DNA from: Vairimorpha necatrix
Lineage: Eukaryota
Assembly (NCBI GenBank): GCA_036630325.1
Contig: CP142732.1
Coordinates: 1,054,001 to 1,118,000 of the forward strand
DNA length: 64,000 nucleotides
Reading direction: 5' to 3'
Each line of letters opens with the position of its first letter. Position 1 is the first letter of the stretch. Made by a program: the position numbers and the translations under genes. Below are positions 33,601 to 45,329 of the stretch, in pieces. The notes beneath the pieces are model-generated. The model was not told the DNA's origin. It ran no database searches and was given only the letters and a program-made list of their open reading frames with translations.

Positions 33601-34250
33601 ATGAGGGGGGGGGGCCTAACGTGACTATCTACCGCCAAGACTGTAGCATCAAGTTTCACCAGATCAACCTTCAAGGAAGAAATCTTCCTTGTTCTTTCGA
33701 CCTGGTCCACACATGTATTCTGAATACAACTAAGTTTCTCCAAGAACAATTTTCGTGCTTTCAGGAAGAGCTCAGTTTCGAAGAAAATATTCCCTTCTTT
33801 CGAGCCAGTTTCGGCTTTTCTTCTTTTGGTAGGATTCACTAAGAATTCCCGGGGCGTCATTTGTCTACCACTATTACTAGTGAGTGCTTTCTTCACTTTG
33901 CCCTTAAATTCTATTGAACTCATGTTAGACCCAAATTTTTCTCAAAAGAACTCAGTGGCTTTATTCCACCCTCCTCTTGGCATTCTACCAATTCTTTTAT
34001 GATTGATAAAAATACTCTTTGAGGCCATACTTCTTCACTCGTTTCGGTACTCACAAGTACTGCTGTAAGAGTCTCAGAAGAGAATTGACTGGGCACACTA
34101 GTGTGTTCTGGCCCCTGTATTTTCTCTTCTGTGACTATTTTGCCCATTTCCGCCTCGGAGGGTTGGTTTGTTAATTTTTCGGGGGTTCCCTCCTGCTCTG
34201 TCTTTACCCTCATATAATTTGGCGCTCCTTAAATTCAAAATCACAGGGGT
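30698..34250 (-). mobile_element. Near full-length but disrupted non-LTR retrotransposon with restriction-like endonuclease (R4/R2-like)
   Basis: WKAAG, FKPIT..NLYKL, GAKEQ, ILQGDSLSP, NHLLFIDNLKL, DHLATK..HNEVV zinc knuckle, KPDILVFDKKKKEILIGEV; many stops and frameshifts. Confidence 0.88.
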
Positions 34251-34379
34251 TAAAAAAAAGTAAAAACAAGAAACACATATTCTAACAAAAGTATTCTGGT
34301 AAAAGGTTCTGCATAAGTATCAGAATTTTTCTCTTTTAAATATTTAGATCTAAATTAAAACTCGTATATAAAATTTTTC

Positions 34380-35155
34380 ATATTTACCTTTATTATTCTT
34401 CTTCTTGCTCCCAATTCGGTCTTTAAATGACTCCACAGATTTTCTATTTTGTTAGTATGTTGTCCATTGATATTAGTAAAACCAATACTATGATTAACGA
34501 CTTCATAAACAGATTTGAAATCGCGAACAGCAGATCGCTATGAAGCAACCCCATCAGTTCATATTGTAGTTCCTTTTACTACATACTTCCTAAATAGATC
34601 TAGCATTGAAGGGACAGTCCTATTAGGAACTATCTTTAAGAAACAATTGTTGCTTTCATTTTCTATACCTCCGACTAGCCAAGTCGTCCCAGGGATATCG
34701 TCTTCTTCTGTAGAGGATTCGTAATTTTACGATCTCTACATATTGCTGTCTCGTCGACTTGAATAGTAATTTCCGTCCCACCTATTCGTACAAAAAAGGG
34801 ATTTATTTCATTTTTTATTTTTTCTCGGATAAAGCCCTTGAAATACATGTAGGTGGGCACGAAAACCTCACATGTTACTGAGATTTTGTGCTGGTCATTT
34901 TCATCGCCCAGCAATGCAACATTCTCAGTTGTATGTGTGTAGACATCCTGGACTTCTGTAGGAAAGTACCATATTTAATGCTTTTTCGCTTTTTGCAGCC
35001 ATTTGTACAATAAAAATAGATTCCTTCCAAGTAGTTTTTAGATTTTACTTGGTTCATAAAACAACCACAGTCACACTTTATAGTATTTCTGTAGAAGTTT
35101 AAAGCCTTTAAGTATTATATGGCTGCTTCCTCTTCAACAATATTATGTTGTAGAG
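34380..35155 (-). pseudogene. Merlin transposase relic; its 5' end lies beyond the hAT at 37835-37900
   Basis: CDCGC, CTNGCKKRKS, RIGG..IQVDETAI, WLVGGIE, IVPNR, TDG, VVNHSIGF...HTNKIENLWSHLK. Confidence 0.85.
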
Positions 35156-37834
35156 CAGAGGTAAGCAAATACTTTAAAGCTGTGGGCCAAAATGAATTTT
35201 TTAAAATGTCTCCCGGGCCGGAGGACTATTTCGGCTTTGCTTTACACAAGCGGAAATTTGGATGAAGTTTTTTTCCTGCCCATTATTAAAAAAATATTAA
35301 GTATCATTTCAATTAGAATAAAATATGTCAAGTACCTTTTAAGGAAATATTATTATAAATAAATGGCTATTAGATAAACCACACAATAAAAGGTTTAATT
35401 TTGTTACTTATTTATGTCTTAACGATATTAATTATTTTATATTGACACATGGTTATTACAATTTAACATTTATATTGCATCTCTAAATATAATAGTAAAA
35501 AAAATTCAAACAAGAAAAAAAATTTAAACAAGAAAAAAAACATCAAACTTTAAAATGAATATTTAATGTTAATGCGAAACGTGAAATGTCGAATGTTCAT
35601 CCGACATTATTTCTTCAAAATTAGGTTCTAAATCACTTGTAGCAATCCTTAATACCGAGTGTAGATTTTCGTCAGTAATTTGTGATCGATACTTATTTTT
35701 CGTGGAAAACATTAAAGAAAAGGTTCTTTCACAAATATAAGTCGAACCAAATAAAACAAGATATTTCTGAGCATAGTTCAAAAAATGTTTGAAATGTTCA
35801 TTATTTAACGCGCCATAGAAAGCACTCAATTCGTTTAAGTGAAAATTTTCTTTTAGTAAATTATTTGATTGTAAGTCAATTAGTTCTAGTTGAATTTCAA
35901 CAAGAGCTTCTTGCACGTCGAAATTGAAAGGATGGCTAATTAATGATAAAGGTTTTTCAATGTCTTTGAAAACTTGAAATCTTCTTTGGAATTCAGAATG
36001 CAGGTCATGTGTTATTGCGTCTATATTTAAAAAAAATCTGTATTTTTTAATGATTCTCGCCGTGCTTGCAATGAGGGGAAATGATTTTATAATTTATTAT
36101 TAAAGTTTTCAGCAAATAAATTGAGTTTTGTCATAAATGCTTTGACGTTTGAGTGCATATTGAAAGGGAATTGGTTTTTACCTTGTAGATTTATATTTAG
36201 TTCATTCAAATATTTTACTATATCTACTGAAAACGATAAATCGTTTAGCCAAGCCTCATTATGCAATTCAGGAAAATCTTGTAGTTTTTCTTTTATCGAC
36301 AAGAATGATACTATTTCATCAAGCAAATATTGAAATCTATGTAAAACTTTTAATGCTAAGCCATCTCACTTCAGTGTAATAGGGAATTTCTTAGTAGTCA
36401 CTTTCAATTTCTTTCAAAAATTCAAGAAACTGTCGATGATTTAAGGCACGTACTCGAATAAAATTTACAACTTTGGTCACAACAGTAACGACGTGATTCA
36501 ATTTCAAGACTTTTTTTCATAGCATTTCTTGGTGAATAATGCAGTGCAAAAATAATATATCGTGTTCTGGTTGTAACTTTTTTATTTTGTCGCGAATTCG
36601 TTTAAGTAAACCTATATTTTTCCCTGTTAAACTAGGACAGCCATCCGTAGTGACGCTTACTATTTTATTCCAAGTTAAACTAACTTTAACTACCACACTC
36701 TTCAACAGCGAGAAAAAAGTCTTTACCAGTAGTTGTATTTTTCATTGTATGCACACTAAGAAGTTCCTTGCAAATTTCACATTTCTTATTAATGCCGCGA
36801 ATAAGCATTAATAATTGACATGTATCAGTAATATCGCAGGACTCATCTAAAGCCAGAAAACAATAGGTAAAATCAGCAATTTTTCTGCTTAGCTTGTCAA
36901 GTAAGTTTCCTGAAATATTTTCAATCCGGCGTACTATTGTTCTTCTCGAAAGGCTTAGATTTTCAAAAATATGTTTCTTTTCAAGACAACATATCTCCGA
37001 CACTTGTACCATGCATTGTTTAACAAATTCTGCTTCTGAAAACGGCTTACAGAACTTAGCAATTTTGTGTGCGACAGTATAACTCGCTTTTGTAGTAGAT
37101 TTTACAATATTAATTCGTTTGGTAAAAATTTTTTGTTAAGTTTTCAGCTATGTTTTGAAGTTCATGTAAAGAAAGTGATGCATATTTTAGATGTTTTGTT
37201 GTAAAATGCCTGCTTAAATTGTATTCTTTGAAAACAGCAATTGTTTCCTGACAAACTAAACAAATTGCTTTCTTATTAATGTTTGTAAAAAGATATTTTA
37301 CCGTCCAAGCTTCATTGAAGTTTCTGCATTTCAAATCAACTTTTTTTTTTTAGTTTCTCTCATTTTAAAAGGGCTACAAAAAAATAAGTTAAATAAAAAC
37401 AATAAAAAAACACCAAAGTTTTAAAAATTTACTTACAAAAAGTCCACTTTTTCAATTTTATATATGCAAACCAATGGTAGATTCGAACTAAAAAAGAGTA
37501 TGCGATCAGAATAAAATAATAATTAACAATACCTGGGCAGCGATCTGTCGTCCCCCAAACATTGAGAGGCTGAGAGGAGTGCAGCATATGTGTCCACACA
37601 TATATTTTAAACCTAGCGCGATCTAATTTGTGTTCGATGAAACCCCCGCCATGAGAGCGATTGTCGCGAGCGACCCGCATCGTTCACACTAGTGTAATTA
37701 GCCAAACGCTTATTTTATTTCGCCTATTATATATACAGTTCGCATACTAATAATGTTTATGTCAACAAAATCTCATAAGGAGTTTAAAAAATTGCGTTAG
37801 AATTTTGCAGCGGGCCGGCTTTTGCCCACCTCTG
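35156..37834 (-). mobile_element. hAT DNA transposon, Buster/Charlie/SPIN type, with frameshifted transposase
   Basis: TIRs CAGAGGTAAGCAAA / TTTGCCCACCTCTG; degenerate 8-bp TSD TTGTAGAG/TTATAGAC; CLVC..NLSRHFTTKH, ALDESCD, TTDGCPSLTG, HCIIHQE, FGSTYICERTFS. Confidence 0.92.
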
Positions 37835-38016
37835 TTATAGACGCATCTTAAAAATTTTTAAAAAAATAGAGTTGAAATATTTAACACTCGGTTACGAGCC
37901 CTAAAAAACAAAAAAGAAGGGTTCTGTTTCGTTTAAGAATGCATTGCAAAAATTATAATATATGAAAAAAAGAAAATGCTACAATCTATAAAGCTTATTT
38001 AAAAATTCGTAAACCT

Positions 38017-40188
38017 TTAATTTATCTTATTTTTCGGCATAAATATAGACAGCTCTGTGTCATCGCGTATAATCTTATCAACCTCATCCTTGCTCAATGT
38101 TTCTAATATTTTTTGGTAAATAATTTTGAATTTCAACCGTTCCTTTTCATCTTTATTAGACTCATTTTTAAATATTTCTACTATAATATGTTTAAAATAT
38201 TTTTTGTAAAAATACTTTTTAGGTTCCGTGCAATATTTTCTTGCGTATAATGAGATATTTTGCATATAATGATTTTTATATTCGTCAATTAATCCATCTT
38301 TCAATTTTAAAGATAATAGTTCTGTTTTGCATTCTTGAAATATGTTTTCGACCATATTTTTTCCTTCAATTTCCATTTTAATTCTTTCTGCTTTCCCATA
38401 AATATCATTAGAAAACCGTAATATAACTTCAAAGATTATATAATCCCATTTTTCAAAAAAATGGTGCTTTGACAAGATTTGTATTATTTTGTTATAATTT
38501 TCCAATTTTATTTTGTCTTCGTCAATAATTGATATCAACTTTTCTTTAATTCTAAAATTAAATATCCAAATTTTATTTTTGTCAAGTAGTTCATTGATAA
38601 TAACTTCTTCCTTTGTAAATATAAAAGCTAAATCTAAAAATTGATTTTCGACATAAATAATTCTTTCTTCTGAATATAGTGCTACTAAACAACATGTTCT
38701 ATTCAACGCGAGATTTTTATATGAATACGAGATATTAGTATGTATATTAACTATTTCTCTAAAAACTTCAAGAATTTCAATGTTTTTTACCCAATTCATT
38801 TTGCATTTAAAATCGCTGTTTTTTGATGCAATAAAATTCCCAATTTCCTTAATTGTTTTTAAAAAATTATCGTCTCTTAAGTCGTTTTCACTGATAAACT
38901 TACTTCCTTCTAGGATTAAACACACAAATATTAAATATCTGTTGGTATCAGATGAAAACTTTGTTAAGTTTTCTGATAAAAACTCCACGCATTGTATCTT
39001 CCATATTTCACTATATTCTTTCTGTTCAATGATCATATTAAGAGTATTTTCATCTATTATTTTTTTAAACTTTAGTAAATGAGCAAATATGATATTTGAT
39101 GCCGATCCTGGTGTTTTTAAAATTCGTTGTATATAAAATTGTACTTTGTTATACTTTTTTAATACTTCAGAAATCAAATAAATGACTTTAGAGTTCTTGT
39201 CGTTGGTTATCACAGAGAGAATTGTTTCGAATTCCGCGAAGCAATCTTTGCTTATGTAATTTTTTTTTGAATCTCGCTGCATGTTATTTTCCAATAAATA
39301 AATACATTTATTATTGTTGTAATGAAATATTATTTCTTCTCTTTTTTTTCTCATTATAAAGCCTTCATCGTAATTAATAAATTCATCTTCGTCGAAAATA
39401 AATTTTTTTGGAAGTATATAATGAAGTTTGAAGATTTCTAAAAACCCGTCATAAGAAAATTCATATACACTACGAAATTTATCAAGTATTTGCTCTTCCC
39501 TTGTTTTTTTAATCTTAATTTGTTTATCCATTAAGTAGTCAACTTCATCGAGACAAAATTCAAAGAAAAAATAGATTTTGTCTTTATAAATACGTAAAAT
39601 TATATAATACTTACTATTAGCTTCATTTTTATAACATCCAACGAATGGTGGTAACATATCAAACCATTTGTCTTGATGATGAGCTTTTGTATCTTGTAAA
39701 ACTTTTCGTAATACATTGTGTTCGTCACAAATAGTCTCATAATAAAGTTGCGCGGGATGTTGTTTTGTTTTTTTTTTAAGATTTAATTTTTTGAGTTGTT
39801 TGATTAATATTCTCATAATAGGGTGTTTTATATAATTATCTGTTTTGTATAAAATTTCAATTGCAACACATAGCCCATTTGATATTATTTGTACTTTCTC
39901 ATCCATTTCCGCGATAATCTCCTTAATAGATTTTCTTCCTATTTTAATTTCAAATCTATAATAATTATCTTCATTACAATAAGTAGCCGGGAGATTGCAC
40001 ATTTTACAATAAAACTTTTTTCCTTCATATTTAATATGTAACGAAAGTTGTGTCTTTTCAATAGATAAATCATAGTGCACAAAATCTCTAGTTTCTATTT
40101 TCCTCATAAAAATATCCTGTATTTTATTGTTCAACAAATGTTCTGCTTGTAAAAAAACAATCGCAAAAAGAATTGTTAAGAGTTTCAT
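38017..40188 (-). CDS. Secreted protein of unknown family, copy 2 (intact, 723 aa)
   Basis: Long ORF; CCCCTT-ATG at 40188; signal peptide MKLLTILFAIVFLQA; paralog at 27167-29334. Confidence 0.85.
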   Translation of the reverse strand: MKLLTILFAIVFLQAEHLLNNKIQDIFMRKIETRDFVHYDLSIEKTQLSLHIKYEGKKFYCKMCNLPATYCNEDNYYRFEIKIGRKSIKEIIAEMDEKVQIISNGLCVAIEILYKTDNYIKHPIMRILIKQLKKLNLKKKTKQHPAQLYYETICDEHNVLRKVLQDTKAHHQDKWFDMLPPFVGCYKNEANSKYYIILRIYKDKIYFFFEFCLDEVDYLMDKQIKIKKTREEQILDKFRSVYEFSYDGFLEIFKLHYILPKKFIFDEDEFINYDEGFIMRKKREEIIFHYNNNKCIYLLENNMQRDSKKNYISKDCFAEFETILSVITNDKNSKVIYLISEVLKKYNKVQFYIQRILKTPGSASNIIFAHLLKFKKIIDENTLNMIIEQKEYSEIWKIQCVEFLSENLTKFSSDTNRYLIFVCLILEGSKFISENDLRDDNFLKTIKEIGNFIASKNSDFKCKMNWVKNIEILEVFREIVNIHTNISYSYKNLALNRTCCLVALYSEERIIYVENQFLDLAFIFTKEEVIINELLDKNKIWIFNFRIKEKLISIIDEDKIKLENYNKIIQILSKHHFFEKWDYIIFEVILRFSNDIYGKAERIKMEIEGKNMVENIFQECKTELLSLKLKDGLIDEYKNHYMQNISLYARKYCTEPKKYFYKKYFKHIIVEIFKNESNKDEKERLKFKIIYQKILETLSKDEVDKIIRDDTELSIFMPKNKIN

Positions 40189-40649
40189 AAGGGGTAAAAT
40201 GGGCATCTTTTTTATAAACTAGAAATTATAAAATCATGATTAGTCATATATATAGGTATTTATTTTTATGTAAATTCTTCTTTATTTGGCTATAATTTTT
40301 GTTTATGAGTTTAGAAATTCATTCATGTGAAAAATAATTTGATGTTTTGATTGACGCTACGATCAACAAAATTACGATGCAATGGAAACAGTTACTTAAC
40401 AATACTTTATTAACCTCTAATTTTATATTAAGTGAGTTATATGGATAATATTTTAAGATAATTAATATAAAAGGAAACAATTATAGAGATGCCACTGAGA
40501 ATAAGAACCAATGGTAACCGTAAATTAGAGCATTTAGGCCCTACTAGGAAAATCGAATTTCTCTTAAAAAATTGATAAAAAATTTGTTAAATATTTATTA
40601 AATAACTAAACATTTTTTTATAATAAAGCAAAGCACAAGGAATAAAATT

Positions 40650-41529
40650 TTCTTCTTTGAAGATGTTTCTTACGCCAAGAACGTTATTTTAAAATTTTAG
40701 AACACATTCATGATTCAACCCATTTTTTTCTCCTATAGTCGTCCTTTAAATGGGACCAGAAATTTTCAATCTGAATTTGTATGTACACCCTCGCTGTTTA
40801 CAAATCCATTACTTTGGTTTGCTATTTCATGCTCAGATCCAAAATTATCCACGGCAACAGAGTATGATGGATATCATTAAGCAACAAAAATTGTTATAAG
40901 AGTAAGAGTTTTTATAAACTCTTCTAATAAAGTGTCATGTTTTTTGTTAGAAAATAACGTAACAAAAAAAATGTTTACATCACCTTATACATATCATACT
41001 AATATCCATTGTATATTTGAAGTATCGTCGGGCCCAGACAACGGAATAACAATCACTAAGCCATTGCGTATGGCCGTTTCAACAATTTAACACACATATA
41101 TTTTCACCCTCTGTCTTTTATATTTTCGAAGAAGGCTCGCTTACAATGTCCATTTATATAATGAATTTAATGTTTGTCTGACTCGACTATTTTGCATAAA
41201 TTAATAGCTAGATAATTTGAGTAAGAAAAGACCTAACAATTTAAACACCTAAAAATCTTTTTAAATTCGAGGTAATCTTATTAAATTGCCTGCTTTTTTA
41301 AAACACCTTGCTTTTTTATTTTTTTACGGTACATCTGTACCCTTTCCCATCAACGAAGAAAGATTACTCTAGGCATAGATATGTTTTCATGACATGGCTT
41401 TGAACCCTATGGAATGGTAGACTTTATTGCACCCAATTCTACCAAAAGTGTAAATGCGATATCATTATCTTGGAACATAGGATTTCAAGGATCAAATTCT
41501 CCTACCTTTTCCAATTTTCTTTTTGGCAT
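40650..41529 (-). pseudogene. Third Merlin transposase relic
   Basis: CCCCC-ATG at 41529; VETAI, IQWILV, YPSYSVAVDNFGSEHEIANQSNGFVNSEGVHTN, IENFWSHLK. Confidence 0.75.
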
Positions 41530-41762
41530 GGGGGTAACAAAAGGTGAAATGATATGCTTAGAAATTCCCCTCCATAGAAAAAAAAAGATACAAAAAAGCA
41601 AAAAAATCGAGAGATTTTTTGATAATCTTTGTGTTAAATAAAGCAGCTGCTCCTTTCCTTTCATTATATTTTTATATGGGTAAAATATTTATTTATTATT
41701 TAACAATAAAAGATTTATTGAGTTAATTTTTCATTATGAATAGATATTCATAGCACAGCTTT

Positions 41763-42560
41763 CCCTGGTATCGCTCATGGGATTCAGCTCTTCACAGGCT
41801 TTGGTTTCTGTGGAATTATTAACTTTTTCCAACTTCACTTTTTCAGTTTTATCCCCTTGGCAGACACCACCTCTTTAACAGTAGCTATGTTCGCTAGTGA
41901 GCTTACAGCTCTAGCCAATTCTTCCTCTCCTGAATTCTCTTGATCGAATCTTTGTCGTCGTTCCAAAGAAATGGACTCTAGAGTCTTCTTCGGCACAATA
42001 GACCGGATGTATGCTTCAAAATAGGGTTGGATTTCCAGCTCCTTATGTACTTTCTGTGATATTTGGTCATACTCCATCCTATGTTATTACATAAGGAAAT
42101 ATTCTTGTCCGGGATTTTGTATTAGTCCCACTTCGTTTGAAAAAAAGTCAAAATTTTTTAGTTTTCTATTCTCGACAATAGTAAGTTGATCCTGGTTATT
42201 TATACCTACTTCAACTATTAAAATTTCTTTCTTCTTATTGTCAAACACAAGAATATCATGGCTTCTCATGGGTCACCTTTATACTAGTGAATATTCTAGT
42301 ATCTACTCTTATTTCTGCACGATCATTTTCCGTGATCTCTTATACTAAGTGTCCACGTATTTTCTTTGTCTTCTTAAACCCATATTTAATACATAGTAAG
42401 AGATGAATGCATCTAACTACCTCGTTGTGTCTTTTCATATAATCAAAACCCAACATTCGATCACACTTGGTAGCTAAATGATCCACGGTTTTCCTATGAG
42501 ATCCACAATGGGAACATCGTTCCTCTTGTCCACAGAAAAGATTTCTATCATATAGGAAGC
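41763..42560 (-). mobile_element. 5'-truncated copy of the RLE LINE
   Basis: Highly similar to 30698-31495; CSHC...DHLATKCDRM knuckle and HDILVFDNKKKEILIVEVG. Confidence 0.9.
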
Positions 42561-42849
42561 TTTATTATTTATAGTAAATGTTTTACAGTAGTTCTGGTGT
42601 ATAAGTATCTACACTAAAGTGGTTACAATATTATCTCAGTAACTAGATTATCATCTTGTAACACTTTGAAAGTGGGTGACGATTTTCCTAATAACCCCGA
42701 ATGGATTTTTAAATTTAGAACAATATTTTATTTTGGTTCAGAGCATAGTTTTGTTACATATAAAATTTTAAATTAAATTAACAGGAAAAGATATAAACGT
42801 ATAAAATTAAATAGTCTGTACATCTGATTTAAGAAGAATTTAAAATTAA

Positions 42850-44500
42850 TATTTCTGATTAGATTTTGATAAAAAATGAAAATATTTTTGGAGAAAAGCA
42901 ATGCAATACTATAAAAAATGAACATCACAATCAATACAGAAAAAAATTGAATGTCAAAAAACACTAGAATAGTATAAAATCAGAAAAATGTGACTATAGT
43001 TAAAAAATGAATAAGCTATGCACATGGAAACCTTAAGAAACAAAACAATACGAGTGTAGAATTGACACAGAAAAGTGGATCAAGAGATAAAATAGAATTT
43101 AGATAGCTGCGAAAAGAATATAGAAATGGGAATACAAATATTTATTAAAAAAATGATATTGAGCATAAATCAACGGTTTCTACATAGTCAGATCTAATAA
43201 AAAAGTCTTATGCACCATATAAACAATCAATATACTAAACTCAACAATATTAAGGTAAAATGGGCCATACTTTGCCTATAAAAAAAACATGATTCTTACT
43301 CATGTAAAATCAAATAAATTCTAGAATCGAATTATAGAAGCATTTTATGGATCTAACTGTTTTATATCTGACTGAAAAAATTAGCTTCTATACTCAAAAT
43401 AAAAAAAACATGTACGGATGCCAATGAGATTGATAGACCTCTTTACAATGTTTCAAAAGCATGAAAAAGTTATAATGATATGATTTAAATAGTGGGCTTT
43501 GCGTGTATTTATGATGTTATAATTATGTTGAAACCTTAAAACATCACGAAAACTTTTGTTAAAGTTTGCAATTTGCGTACTACATTTATTTAATAACAAA
43601 TAAAAAGAAAAGTAGTAATTTTGATGGAGTAAATTATATTTTAGACTCTAAAATCTCATATCGTATTATATAGTAAATAACAGATAAAATAGAAAGAATT
43701 AATATGTATAAAACACTTAAGAACGCAGAAGATGTTAGAACATGTTTAAAGGCTATCAATACCTTGGTAACTACTCAGTAATTGTTCAGGTATATGCATT
43801 ACTTGGGTACTTTGTTGGAAAAATTGCATTTTGTATAAAAAGAGCCAATGAAAGGCGTTCTAAACTGAAAATATTTAATCGTATGGTCCTAGATTAGTTT
43901 TAATAAGCTATGCGTTTAAAATGCTGTAGGTGCAATATCATGTATATTTTCAGGGGTTAACGACCAATTACATGCGCCTAGCCAACTAAGAGGTGAAGAT
44001 TGAATAGTACTAATAAAAAGAAGAAAAGGGTGTCTATAATTTGAGCATTTAACTAATTAATTATTGGTAACGTAGCAAAAAAATTTATGTTATACAGAGC
44101 GCTAGAATCATAACCTAGGGGAGAGATTTAGTTACCATGAATTGTTAAATGATTAGAGAGAATTCAAATGTATAATTTCATTTTTTAAACATATTAGAGT
44201 GTGAATCGACACATTTGATGCTTAATTCCTACAGTACACCGCAATAAACAATATCAATAGAACTAATATTAACAGAGCATCTTATGGCTATAGCAAAACT
44301 GTTGCACAAGAGTCAAGGCAACTTTCAAATATTAATTTATATAAAAAACTAGATGTAAAAAATAAACAATATTAAATGAAATTGTTAGAGATTGTACTTT
44401 GTTGTATGAATACAACCCGTTAAAAATAACGTTATATTACACGTCGAAGCTTTCAAACCAGGCGGAAAGATAGCTTTACCATATAGGGTCGGCAAAAGGC
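42850..44500 (+). pseudogene. Decayed Gypsy pol remnant
   Basis: Remnants in order: ITINTE, KISFYT, RMPMRL (cf. RMPFGL), VYL*/DVIIY (cf. YLDDIIIY); boundaries approximate. Confidence 0.5.
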
Positions 44501-45329
44501 TCGTATATATTTACATCAAAGAGTACTTGGCTGATATGACCGAGCAAAAGTAAATAAAAATAAAACAAAGTCTAAATTTCCAATGTTCTTAGTATAGAAA
44601 ATAAAAATTTTAAGGTGAAAATATTTGTTTCTAATACTGTATAAGAAATTTCAATAATCACGTAGGAAAATTGGATGTTAAAAAGTAAGATTGTTTAACA
44701 TATGATTTTTCAACATCATTGCATAATCTGTACAATATTACGATATTTTAAGATATGTACAAATATAAAATACAATAAGATTACCATAATGAGTATATAA
44801 TATGCGCAAAAATTGTATTTTTTATGGAACTGCAACTAACTTGACACTAAAAGAAGCTTAGAACAAACTTTCTGCACCACTAGCGAACACACATTTGATA
44901 ATAAAAACGATCAGCATAAAAAATTTGGCCCAAAGACACGTGTAAAACTAAACTTACGTACTTTCATGGGCTAAGATCATATACATAGATATGAAGGACA
45001 GGAAAAATTCACCAGCATTTTGTCGTTAAAACATAAATAATAAATGTAAAGATAATTAGAAAGGAAGAGTTATCTCTCTATTTAAAGAAGCAGGTTTATA
45101 TAGCTCACGGCGATTTTTATTGCTTGAAACCCCTAAAAATACATTGCAAAAAAAAATTCTTGCCTTTTTTAACAAATCAATTTCATAGTCAAGTTTTGCT
45201 ATAGATTTTTGTTTTCAAAAGCTAAATTTATTTGTGTTCTGTCAATAAATAGAAAAAAATATTATAATTTTTTTTTCAAATTGGTAAGGCATACGCTATA
45301 AAAAATAAAATTATAAAGATCACATTTTT

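Noticed and set aside
44750-45010. Possible fourth Merlin fragment (NDQHK-like remnant)
   Set aside because: Similarity too short and degenerate to support a call
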